DNA of 64,000 nucleotides from Cyanophora paradoxa CCMP329. Lineage: Eukaryota; Plantae; Glaucophyta. The number at the start of each line of letters is the position of its first letter. The stretch's first letter is position 1. This document shows positions 25,080 through 35,275 of the stretch, in pieces. The notes beneath the pieces are model-generated. The model ran no database searches. It worked only from the letters and a program-made list of their open reading frames with translations, and was not told the DNA's origin. The stretch is from assembly GCA_004431415.1 (NCBI GenBank), contig QPMI01000162.1, forward strand, positions 108,153 through 172,152. The letters run 5' to 3'. The translations under genes were made by a program, and so were the position numbers.

Positions 25080-25615
25080 CGCAGCGGCAAGCGCTCTGTG
25101 CGCGAAATCCGTGCCGCTCGATGCCACTCGGTGCCACCGGTGCCGCGGCCGCGCGCCGCTGCCTTAGCGCTGCTGGGCGTCGCGCTAGGCTGCTGATCAC
25201 CGCGCTGCGCTACCGATAGAAACTTGCTGCGTCCTCAATCCCGCCTGCGTCCTGCAGCTGAGCCGACCTCCCCAGCGCGATGACCGCGACAGCACCATTT
25301 GTGTTGCAAACTGGCCGCGATCAAATTGCACCATGGCTCGACGGCAAGAGGGCGCCCGGCGGGAGTCAGGGGACGAAGTGCGTGATTCGATCAAAGTGAT
25401 CGTCGCGTCGAATGTGCCTAAGCTGTCTCCGCGGACCGCCGCGGTGCGCTTTGGCCGCGCCTGCACGATACAAACGAGCCTTGGTGTTCCTTGTACATTC
25501 CCGGAGCCATGTCCGTACATTCCCAACCCCGCCGCCGCGCAGCCGCCGGGGAGCAGCGCGCGACCACCAACGGCGACGCCCCGCAAACCAGGTCGCCCCG
25601 CGGCGCGGCCGACGG

Positions 25616-26674
25616 ATGGAGGAAATCGTCGACTGCAGGCTCCTCTTCGTCGCAGCGCTGAGTGTTGTCGGCCTGGGCGCTATCATCCTGTGGAACTCTT
25701 GGGGCAAGTCCTCCCGCTCGAGCTCGCCGCCGAGCACTCGTCCCTCCAGCTCACTGCGCAGCCGCTGCAGGGCTGTCAGGCGCGCAGATACGCGGCCAGC
25801 CGGTCCAGGAGGCCGAGCGCCTCGCGGCCGGCTCGCTGCACGCGGGCAGCGCGACTGCCGGCGCCCCCGCATCCGCTGGCGCCCGCGCTCACGCCGACGC
25901 GGACGCCGCGGCGCGGGAAGAGCCTCTCGCGCTCCGCTGGACCCGCGTGCTCGGCGTCTGCTCGCTTTCTGGCCCGCTCTCGCGCGCCGGCGGGCCGGGG
26001 CCGGACGCGTACGCGCTGCCAGCGGAGGCCCGACTCCGCCTGACGCAGACCCCGGTGGCCCCCTGCGCGTGGCGGGCCGCGGGCGGGGCGGGGCTGCGCT
26101 CACGCGGGGCGGCAGGGGTGGCCGGTCTTCCCCGGGTGGTGCGAGATCCAGCACGGCCCCATGCTGGCCTTAAGCTTTCTCGCCCTCCTCCAGCGGGCGC
26201 GCCGGCCCCTCCCTCCCGCGCCGCCGCCGGCTCGGGGGGGCGCGCTCGCGGGGCGTGCGGGGCAGCGTCGGCGAGATCGGCATCCACCTGGGGCTCTCCT
26301 TCGCGGTCCGCCGCCCGGGCGCCCCCGCCGACCCGCCCCACCCCGCCCCGCCCGCCCCGCCCCGCCCACCCCGCCCCGCCGGCGAGGCTGCGGCGGCGGC
26401 AGGTGCTCACCTCGACGGCCGCGGCCGACGAGCCGCTCTTCGCCTGCGACGGTACCGGTACCCCCGCCCCGCCCCGTCCCCCGCGGCGACCTGCATCTGA
26501 TCGGTGTCGGGCCCCGCCGCCAACCTTCGTGCACGCGCAGCAGTGCGCGGGCGGCCGCGCCCCGCCGCGCCCCGGCCCGGCGGCCTCGAGGGCCGCGCCG
26601 CCGGCCGGGGGGGCCCGGGGGGCAGGCACAAGAACGTGGACGGGTCAGGAGACTCGGGACAGTCGCGCGCCTAA
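25616..26674 (+). CDS. N-terminally anchored class I SAM-dependent methyltransferase (Methyltransf_24-like), apparently C-terminally truncated
   Basis: TM anchor LLFVAALSVVGLGAIILW, then FPGWCEIQH..LSFLALLQR, GSVGEIGIHLGLSFA, VLTSTAAADEPLFACD, HKNVDGSG. No downstream half of the domain found. Confidence 0.55.
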
Positions 26675-27935
26675 GTCCGGGACCGGGTACCCCCCGCCCC
26701 CCCTTAGCCGGCTCGAGCCCGGCTCGAGCTGGCTCGAGGACGGAGCGCTAGCCGGCTCGAGCCGGGGGTTTTGAGCTCGAGCCTCGGAGCCGCATGCGCA
26801 GCTCTAATTATAAAGATCGGCCAGGAGTCCACTTTTTCTATTCAATTCGACGGCATTTTCATGAAACCCCCACCGTTTTTTTCTCATCTAGATCTGGAAC
26901 AGGGGCATATATACACTGTATATTATGGCATATATACCTGTATATACCGTAATAATCATTGATTATTGCAGGGACCGACCGCGGCCGACATGTCACAGTC
27001 TCGAGTCTCTCGACTCACAGACTCACAGTGCATGCATATGCTACAGCCTATAGCTACCGGTACTACTGGTCCGGTAGTGTACAATGTACATCACGGGACT
27101 CGCGGCGGATCACGGCGATGATGGGCCATCGACGTCGACGTCGAGCCGAATGAATGAGATTTCAAGATTGGCCATATCATATTATATCAGCGATCGCGAG
27201 TTCTGCAATTCAATGCAATCCACTGTCAGTCAGCGCGCGAGTCATTTGACAAATATTTGACCTCGCCGAGGGGCCAAGCATTTGAGCCGGCCGGCTCGGG
27301 TGCTTGGCTTGGCTTGAGCTCGGAAGGCCAAAATTTGGCTTGCAATTGGCTTGGCTTGTTTTTTTTGCAAAAGTGGACGTCGCATTGATACACCACGGCA
27401 CATGTATCAATGTTCTACGTGACGTGCCCTTCCGACCGGTCATCTGTCTAGCCGAAGACGCTAGCAAGGTGCCGGCCATGGGTCGCTCAATATGGGAGGT
27501 TCGCCTGAGTGGGGGAGCCATGGTTTTCGGTGATAGCCGTAACCAGACCCACGCGCCCACCCCTTGATCAACTCCTCCATCCCTCATGAGCCCTGGAAGT
27601 GAAATGTCTCGCAGTCCGCCGCCCTCCCTTGCCGCCGCTCCGCCACCCCTCCTCCTCCTCACTCTGCCTCCTCCCTCCTCCTCACCTGCGCCCCAGGACC
27701 CCGATTAATCGGTGTCCCGTTCTGTCGAGGTGAAGAAGGTGGTAGGAGGAAGATATGAGGAAGGAGAGGGAGTGGGCGGCGGCAGCGGGAGGGGGTGGGC
27801 AGCGGATGCGGGGCAGGGCAGGGAGCGGTGCCGGGACGGCAGAGTGGAGTGAGCGTGGGCACTGACAGGCGGCGCAGAGAGCGGGAGTGCGGAGACGAGG
27901 CGGGTCGCGAGGGGTCGGAGGGGTCGGTCTGAGTA

Positions 27936-28070
27936 GGGGGGTGGCCGAGGCCAGAGGGGTGGCCGAGGCCGATGGGGTGGCCGAAGCCGGGGGGGGGCCG
28001 AAGCCGATGGGTGGCCGAAGCCGAGGGGGGGCCGAAGCCAGTGGGGGGCCGAAGCCATGGGGTGGCCGGA
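27936..28070 (+). repeat. Minisatellite, ~8 units of ~16-20 bp, core GGG(G/T)GGCCGA(G/A)GCC
   Basis: Tandem units read directly; no unique spacers. Confidence 0.85.
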
Positions 28071-28756
28071 GTCAAGCAATTGGCTTGGCTTGAAGCCGGG
28101 GGGGTCAAGCAGCAGGCGGCAGGCCTAGCCTTGTCAGCCTTGACCATGGCTTGACGTCGACTCGGCGGCGAGTCGCGATCGGCGACGTCGACTCGGCGCC
28201 GGCGGCCTGGCGGCAGGCCCGGCGGCCCCGGCGGCCCGGCCCGCCGCCGGCTGGCGGCGGGCGCCGGGGGCGGCTGGCCGGCGGCCTTGCCCAAGTTGAA
28301 CGGCCGCGGGCCTCGACTCCGGGCCTCGAGTCTCAGGGCCTCGACTCCATTGCAAGGACTTGAGAAAACTTGGTCGAAGGACTACTTAGCACTGAAACTT
28401 CTGACACAACTTGTTCAATCAGTGTTGTGGCGCCGGCACTGCGGCAGGCCTACGCTCGCACTGCAGTCTGCAGCAGCCTCGATCGCGATCGCACTGCGGC
28501 AGTCTCGCATTCGCATGCGCAGCCTCGAGAGCTCGAGAATCGCAGCCTGCAGCGTAGGGCCTGCAGGTGATTTGGCTAGCGAGCTGCCAGCTGAGCTACC
28601 GGTAGCAGCTGCAGCCTGCAGGCTGCAGGCTGCGAGTACCTTTACAACCGGTACCGCAGCGCGCGCTCAATTTGCAATAACGTGCACCCGCGGCTTCAAA
28701 GGCCGACATCATATAAGCAACAGATGCAAATTGCAATCGCAACTGCAGCTCGCAAG

Positions 28757-28879
28757 ATGCAACGCCCGGACCCCGTGGCCGGCCCGCTGCGGCCTCGACC
28801 CGCACTCGTCCTCGCGCTCTCGGCCATCGTCTTGATGGCGGTGTCCGAGCCGTACCTCGCCAGCGCAGAGGGGCTCCAG
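28757..28879 (+). CDS. Signal-peptide-encoding first exon (candidate 5' exon of the surface-protein gene at 39237-41000)
   Basis: MQRPDPVAGPLRPRPALVLALSAIVLMAVSEPYLASAEGLQ followed by a phase-0 GT donor at 28880. Confidence 0.5.
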
Positions 28880-29284
28880 GTCAAGTACGCATCACATTAT
28901 ATAATTAAACTTAAATTCGCGCTTCAGCGAAGAGCGCTATAGCCAGCCCGCGCGCGGCGCTGGCCGCCAAATCATTGAATATAAATCGTTAACGTTGGAG
29001 CTGTGCATGCGCCCGCGAACTCCGGGACGTTAACATACTATGATACCTGTTCAAGACTTAACCATGCGTCCGCACTACGTATACGGCAGGCTGTTCAAGA
29101 ATCCCGCTGCGGCTACCGATCCAGCCGCAGGAGGCGACTGCTCGGGCTCAGAGCTGACTGACGCCGAAGCTGACGCCATTGGCATGCCGCGCGCGGTGCG
29201 CATGCGCATATATATGCGTCCTAGGCCTCAATCGCAAGTGTACATGAACACGTACACGAATATACGTATGCGTATTATATACGT

Positions 29285-29290
<6 letters not shown>

Positions 29291-29316
<26 letters not shown>
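29291..29316. repeat. (TA)n microsatellite
   Basis: Direct read. Confidence 0.9.
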
Positions 29317-29320
<4 letters not shown>

Positions 29321-29598
29321 CCGTTGAACGTATATACGCAGCGCTAGCTATAGCTATAGCCAACTGCATGATCATAACGCGCACATGTATATATACGCTA
29401 ACGTCAACGTTGACGTTTGAATCCGCTCGCGAGCAGCCCTACACCGTTGAGTGGCAGCCCAATGCGTGCTTGACGGCCTCGACCATTGTGGTGAGCCTTT
29501 AATCGCATTATTGGTATTATATTAGTTGTTCACCCGGCCCGCCATAGTTTGCGCATCCAACATTAATTGCAATTGGTACAAGCAGGGGGGCAAGCCCC

Positions 29599-30798
29599 CT
29601 CAGCGGCTCCGTACTTCCCTGCCCCCCCCTAGTCCTTCTCTGATACCTTCCGTTTCACGAATCCGCCGCCCCCGGTCTCCGTCGAATTCAACCTTGCCTC
29701 CCGATGCCGATCCGTCCCCTGTCCATGTGTCTCGGCGCCTGCGGCTTTCCTCTCCTGTACCTTCGGCTTCCCCTCTGGCTGTCCCGCCAGATCCACCTCG
29801 CCCGCCGGTTCCTGCATGGCCCCCTTTGATTCATGATAGTCTTGTATCAATCTTCGCTTCACCTCAACTTAGTTTACCCTCAGTTGTTTTGCCGTCACCT
29901 CCATCAGATGCTTCATCGATGTTAGTTAGGAGCACTGGCCCCTCCACCTTCCAGTTCCTCGTGTATTCCATGCCTTCCCTGTACCTTTGATTCCGTTCCT
30001 TTGTCGTTAGCTCTGCCTCTTCCTCCTCCATCTCTCACTGTTAGCCCTCAGGCAGTTCCGCCTCTTTATCTTCAGCGACCGTCAGACCGTATAGTTTTTG
30101 GCAGCGAGTATTTTGTGTATGGTGACGTTCCTCGTGTGTACCCTTCTCTCTCTCTACTTCGCTATTTTGCCTCTCCCGCCTGGTTCAGCCCCATCGTCTG
30201 CCTTCCCTGTCACTACTGGCTTGCGTTTCGCCCCTCCTCTTATACTGCCGATTCCGAGTCTGCACCCGAGCTCTGCCCTTTCCTCGTGTCGTCCCAGTTC
30301 CTCAGATTAGTCTTCAGCCGTCCATTGTTTTACCAACTCTACAATCTCGATTCCGTTTAGACACTCCGCCAGCTTCGACTTTCCCCTCTAGTGGTGTCCT
30401 ACGTTTCGCCTCTCCTACTGTTCTACCGCCTTTGCCTCCTGCGACTACGTCTTCTAGTTCTGCTGTTAGCTCTGTCTTGTCGTCTTCGTCTAGATCTTCG
30501 TCTTCGACTGTAGTTCCTCGTGCTCGTTCTCCTTATTTGCTGCGTCCCCGTGCTCCTCGTCGTTCTAGTGTGACTAGTACTTCTGCATCGACGCCCTTGA
30601 GCTCTTCTACTCCTTCTCCTCGTGCTCGTTCTCCTTATCTTTTGCGTTCTTCTGATCGTGTCCCTTCTCGTGATCCCTCTTGATTCTGTATATATTTTGT
30701 GCTAGTTTACTGTATCTTTGATTTGTGATTGCTTTGTTGTCTTTAATATCACTACCTACGGGGGGTTCGCCCCACCGTAGTCTCTCAAAAAAAAAAAA
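29599..30798 (+). mobile_element. Family A non-LTR retroelement, 5'-truncated copy (1.2 kb)
   Basis: Near-identical reverse complement of 41642-42842; T-rich 3' UTR, terminal hairpin, A12 tail (30787-30798). Candidate TSD aagccccc at 29592-29599 and 30797-30804. Confidence 0.9.
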
Positions 30799-30884
30799 GC
30801 CCCCCCGCACCCCCCCATTTATAATTTTAATAATTGTTTTTTTTTTTTTTGGTGAATTACCGGCCACATTTTTTTTTTTGGTAA

Positions 30885-33008
30885 ATTACCGGCCACAGTC
30901 TCTAGACACCAGCACTGCGGGGGCTGCCCAGGGGGCATAAAGACAAAAAAGCAAAATAACTAAGACAAGAGCACGAAGAAAGATAAGACAAAGAGCCAAA
31001 ATCGACAATAAAAAAGAAAAGACACGGAGCTCGAGACAGATCGAGAAGAGACGAGAAATCGAGCAGATCTAGGGACAGAGGATGACTGACACGAAGAAGA
31101 GCCAGAGCGAGAGATACCATCAATATCGGAAGGAATGACATCACTAAGAAGCGGAGGACAAATTTGAGAAAGATAAATAACAGGAAGCAGACAAGTAAGA
31201 GGAACAACAAGACGACGCGGAGGCGGAGGCGAAGCAGGACGACGCGAAAGGGCAGAGCTACGGCACGAGGTCGAGGAAGACACAGGAGGCGGAGCAGGCG
31301 GATCAAGAGCAGGCAAAAGGACAGTCAAGGAATCACTAAAGCCGGCCGGGGTCGAGGCGGGCAGTCGAACTGCAAACGACGGCGAACAACAGGTCGAGCA
31401 CGAGAACTATAGCTAGTATTGAAACTAACTCTAGCATCAACACTACGATCAGAATCCGAGCTAGACCGAACTAAACTATAAGACGAAGTACGCCGGCGCC
31501 GGCGGGATACGACCAACGAAGCAGAAGACGAAGGCAAAGGCGGCGGTCCGGTAGCAAGAACAAAGGCCGGAGGTCCGGCCCGGCAAACCGCCGGAGGGAA
31601 GTAGAAGGAGACGCAGGCACGGCAAGCCGGCGACGGGTACGACCACGAGTCCGGGAGGAGATCGGGGAGCCGGTCCCGGAGCTGAGGGCCCAGGAGCAGA
31701 GCCAGGAGATCTAGAAGGTAAGCCCGGCGAGAAATCTGACCCGGAGCCGGAACCCAGCGAACGACGACGACGAAGAGGCCCCGAGGAGCCACGACGGGGA
31801 GCTACCGAGCAAAGTACTGACAGCCGGCGCCGAACACGGTGGCGGAGGTACCCCGCAGACAGTGGCAGGCGGAGAGTCCAGGGTCGATCGAGAGATCCGC
31901 CGACGGAACGCGGCGGAGGCCTACGAGACGGAAGAGGCGAGGAGGAGCCGAGGAAGGGTCGGATCCGGAGGCAGGGGAAGGGCCGCGAACAGGTGACGGG
32001 ATCGCTGCCGGCGCCGAAGAGAGGGCAGCGAAGCAGGAGAAAGGTCAGGTGGCGCCGGATCAGATGACACGGGGTCATGGGCGGCGCAGAGAGAGACGAG
32101 CTCGAGTGCGCAAGGGCCTGACGAGGCGCCGGCGGCGAATCTCACGAGCGCCAGGAAGCGGGAGAGGACCCGCAGATGGGACCCGAGGCGCCGAAGGGGA
32201 GCAGGGAGCCGGAATGACGGGGAGACCGAAAAGAGGACAGTCTCGCCAACACTCGGAAGCGGAGCAGAGGCGAGGACCGGAGCTCGAGGGGGGAGGGAGG
32301 GCGGAGGAGGAGAGAGAAGGCGGCTATTCGAAGGGTATGGAGAATCGAGAGCGGAGGCGAGGGAGGCCGAAGTGATGGCGAGCTCTGGAGGCGAGGGGGC
32401 CTGCAAGCGGACCCGGGAAAGTGGATGCAGACGCAAAGAAACCGGGACGTAGTGGCGGGAGGGCATGCAAAAAGATAGTGCCGCCCGGCGTCACAGTTGC
32501 AGAAGCGGGGGCAAGAAGGATGGGCTGAAGAGGGGGCTGAACCAGGAGGACGTCAGAAAGAGGGCCACGCGGGGGCGGAAGTGGAGGAGCAAGGGGAAGA
32601 GGTAAGAAGGGGTACGGAGCTGCAAGATGACCAGGGACCTGCCGGGGAACAGGCAAGTGAAGAGGCCCCGTGACAGCAAGTTGTAAGGAGGGAGGAGGTA
32701 GAGGCGGGGCCAGCGGGCCAAGGAGCACAGGGATCGGGACCGCAGGAATGGGGAAAAGGAGCGTCGAGAGGGGCAGCGAGAGCAGGAATAGGAACGGGCC
32801 CAAGGGTCACTACAGGGCCAGAGCAGGAGGGGACGGCGCAGGAGGCGGGCGACCACCAGGGATCCCCAACGGGACATTCCCACGAACGGCAAACTCCGCA
32901 GGATTCCGGAGGACAGAATCGATGTCTCGCGAAGAGACGAGGTTGTCAGCACCGCCCGAAGAAGGAGGGTCGGGCGAGTCAGATTCAGAGCTTGAACTAG
33001 AACGATGA
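30885..33008 (-). repeat. 2.1-kb direct repeat, copy 1 (3' part of family B)
   Basis: Matches 35276-37415 except scattered substitutions and homopolymer indels. Confidence 0.95.
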
Positions 33009-35275
33009 GAACCGGCACCAGACTCTGAATCATGTGCGTCAGCATCTGAGGCATCCTGATCATCAGCGTCAGCAGCAGCCAAGCGAGCGCGCCGCTCCTC
33101 CAACAAGGCCGAAGCCTGCGGGATGGTGAACTCTAGGTACGACATATTTCTGTCCCAGGCGGCAACAAGCGCGGCGCGGTTGTAAGAAGGTGCATCAATG
33201 TCAGCCTCCTCAAGATCGCACCGAGCGCGAGCAACCTGTTGGATGGAAAATACGCCAGCAAGGATCGCTCCAAGTGAGCGAAGGCAGAAGGCGGGGTTAA
33301 CTTTACTGCGCAAAATGGGCCCAGATAAATCCGGAACCGAGAGGATGTGGAAGAGAGAGAGGTCAGGCACTGCGACCTCTTCACGCTCCTCCGGTGGAAG
33401 AGTAGAAGCCCAGAAATTCAGGCGCTCACGAATGAAATCCAGAACGAACGAGAAAGCGGGCACTCAGAGAAAACGTGCGCGTGAGAGCGAGCAGATCCGT
33501 CATTACAAACCCGACAGAAACGACGGCGAGGCGACTGTTGCTCGCCCAAACGATACAATTTGAAATGCAAACGGTAAAGAGCATCGATCCAAAGCATCGG
33601 GAAACACTGAAGGACGACAAGATGAGGAAGACGGGACGGAGACAAGGCGCCGGGAAACCCCACTTAGCATCGGGCATCTGAGCGTGGCTAGACACATCGC
33701 GAAGCCGCTGGACCTCAAGGCAGTAGAAGCGACGAACAGATGAGAGGCGGAGAGGGAGCATACGAGCAAATGTGAACGCAAGATTATCAAGAGAAAGAAA
33801 GGCAGAGGGGCCTGCTCCTAGAATAAAAAGACCGGGCAGGGTTCCGCGACGTAGAGAGAGAAAGACAGCGCTAAAGCAAACGTGCAGCGGAAGCAAACGA
33901 GATAGAATTGAATTAGAGGATAGGCCCACAGGGTGGGAAGCCGCAGGGCGGCAAGGAACACGCGGCACGTAATCCAGCACCCGTGGAATTATCTGGTTAT
34001 CGCGAACGGGGAAGGCGACAAAAGTACCGCTCGGGCCCCGAAGGAGAGCAACCGAGGCGTCCAGTCCAGACCACCAGAGATGCTGAGGTGGCGGGGCAGG
34101 GGCCTCAAGGACCTGGCGCCATGCTGCCGGGAGCGCGGAGCACAGCCGAGGGAAAAAGGAATGGAGGGCGGACGAGGCAGCTGCTGGAGCCCGGAACCCC
34201 CGGGTGGTACAATCCCAGATATCGCAGACTCGCAGCAAGCCAGACCGTGCACAACGACTCCAGTCGACCTTGGCACCCGGAGCATCGAACAGGGGATTAA
34301 AAAAAAGAGGTTGGGATAAAACTTCGAGCGAGGTATGAGGCTGACACACGCCCTGGCGCTGAGACCACTCCGAGAAAGCCTGCTTCCAAATAGAAGGCAA
34401 GTCAAGACCGTCAAGTGGGAGACGAAGCGAGATAAGGGCGGGGCCGTAGGAAAAGGGCGCCAGCTGAGCGTCCAGTTTGCTCAAGAGGTACTCCTTCCAA
34501 GGAGCCGAGCAGGACGGGTCGGCCAACAAGGCCACCCACTTCATTTTTAGCGACAGAGAAAAGGCACGAATATCAGGGCAGTTAAGACCACCTTGACGCC
34601 ACGGCAGAGGAGAAATATACTTCGAAAGTTGCCCGCTCACGCCGGCGAAAGAACGAAGCTTGTCTTGCCACGCAGAATACTGGGCATCAGGGGGGTCAAG
34701 CAAATACAGAGCATAATGAAGGGATCCAATAAAGACTGCCCATGCAAGAAGCACGCCGGAACGCATCGGCATGTGATAGGTTTTCGCTTGCTGCACACGG
34801 ATATCAAGAGCAGCATTTTTCTTACGCCAGAAGCGAGACAGATCGGGCTCAAGTGGAAAGCCCAGGTACTTGCGGATTTTCTCAGCGGGAGGGAGATCCG
34901 TCACCTGGAGACGCCGCCAGGGACAGTCCTCGACGCTAGGCCACGCGTCCGCAGGAATATCGCAGAGCGGAAGAAGGTTAGATTTGTCGAGATTAATAAG
35001 GGCGCCAGACAGCCGGCAATATTTATCAAAGCACTCTTTCCAAAAGGGTAGCTCGGCAAAAGAAGAGATTAAAGGAACAGTATCGTCCGCGAACTGGAGT
35101 ACCTTACATAGGGAGTTAGGAGAAAGGCGGACACCACGTATACGCACGTCAGCATTAATCAGAAGGGCTAAAAGGTGCGTGCACAAATTATACAAATAGG
35201 GAGACAGGGGGCCACCCTGACGCACTCCGCATCGAATGGGGAAAGGGGCCGAGGTCCAGCCGTTAATGTGAACAG
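30960..35275 (-). pseudogene. 5'-truncated LINE ORF2: RT C-terminal half, CCHC zinc finger, acidic linker, long Pro/Ser/Arg tail
   Basis: SVHINGWTSAPFPIRCGVRQGGPLSPYLY, LQFADD (FADD at 35082-35093), SGALINLDKS, KYLGFPL, QGGLNCPDI, CRVC..HAHVFSEC (~33461-33517). A few 1-bp frameshifts; no endonuclease or ORF1. Confidence 0.9.

Noticed and set aside
27936-28070. CRISPR array
   Set aside because: Adjacent degenerate units, no unique spacers, no cas genes, eukaryotic context.
30902-31306. Hydrophobic ORF as an env-like membrane protein
   Set aside because: Explained by the T/C-rich composition of the LINE 3' region and overlaps the main tail frame; no glycoprotein features.
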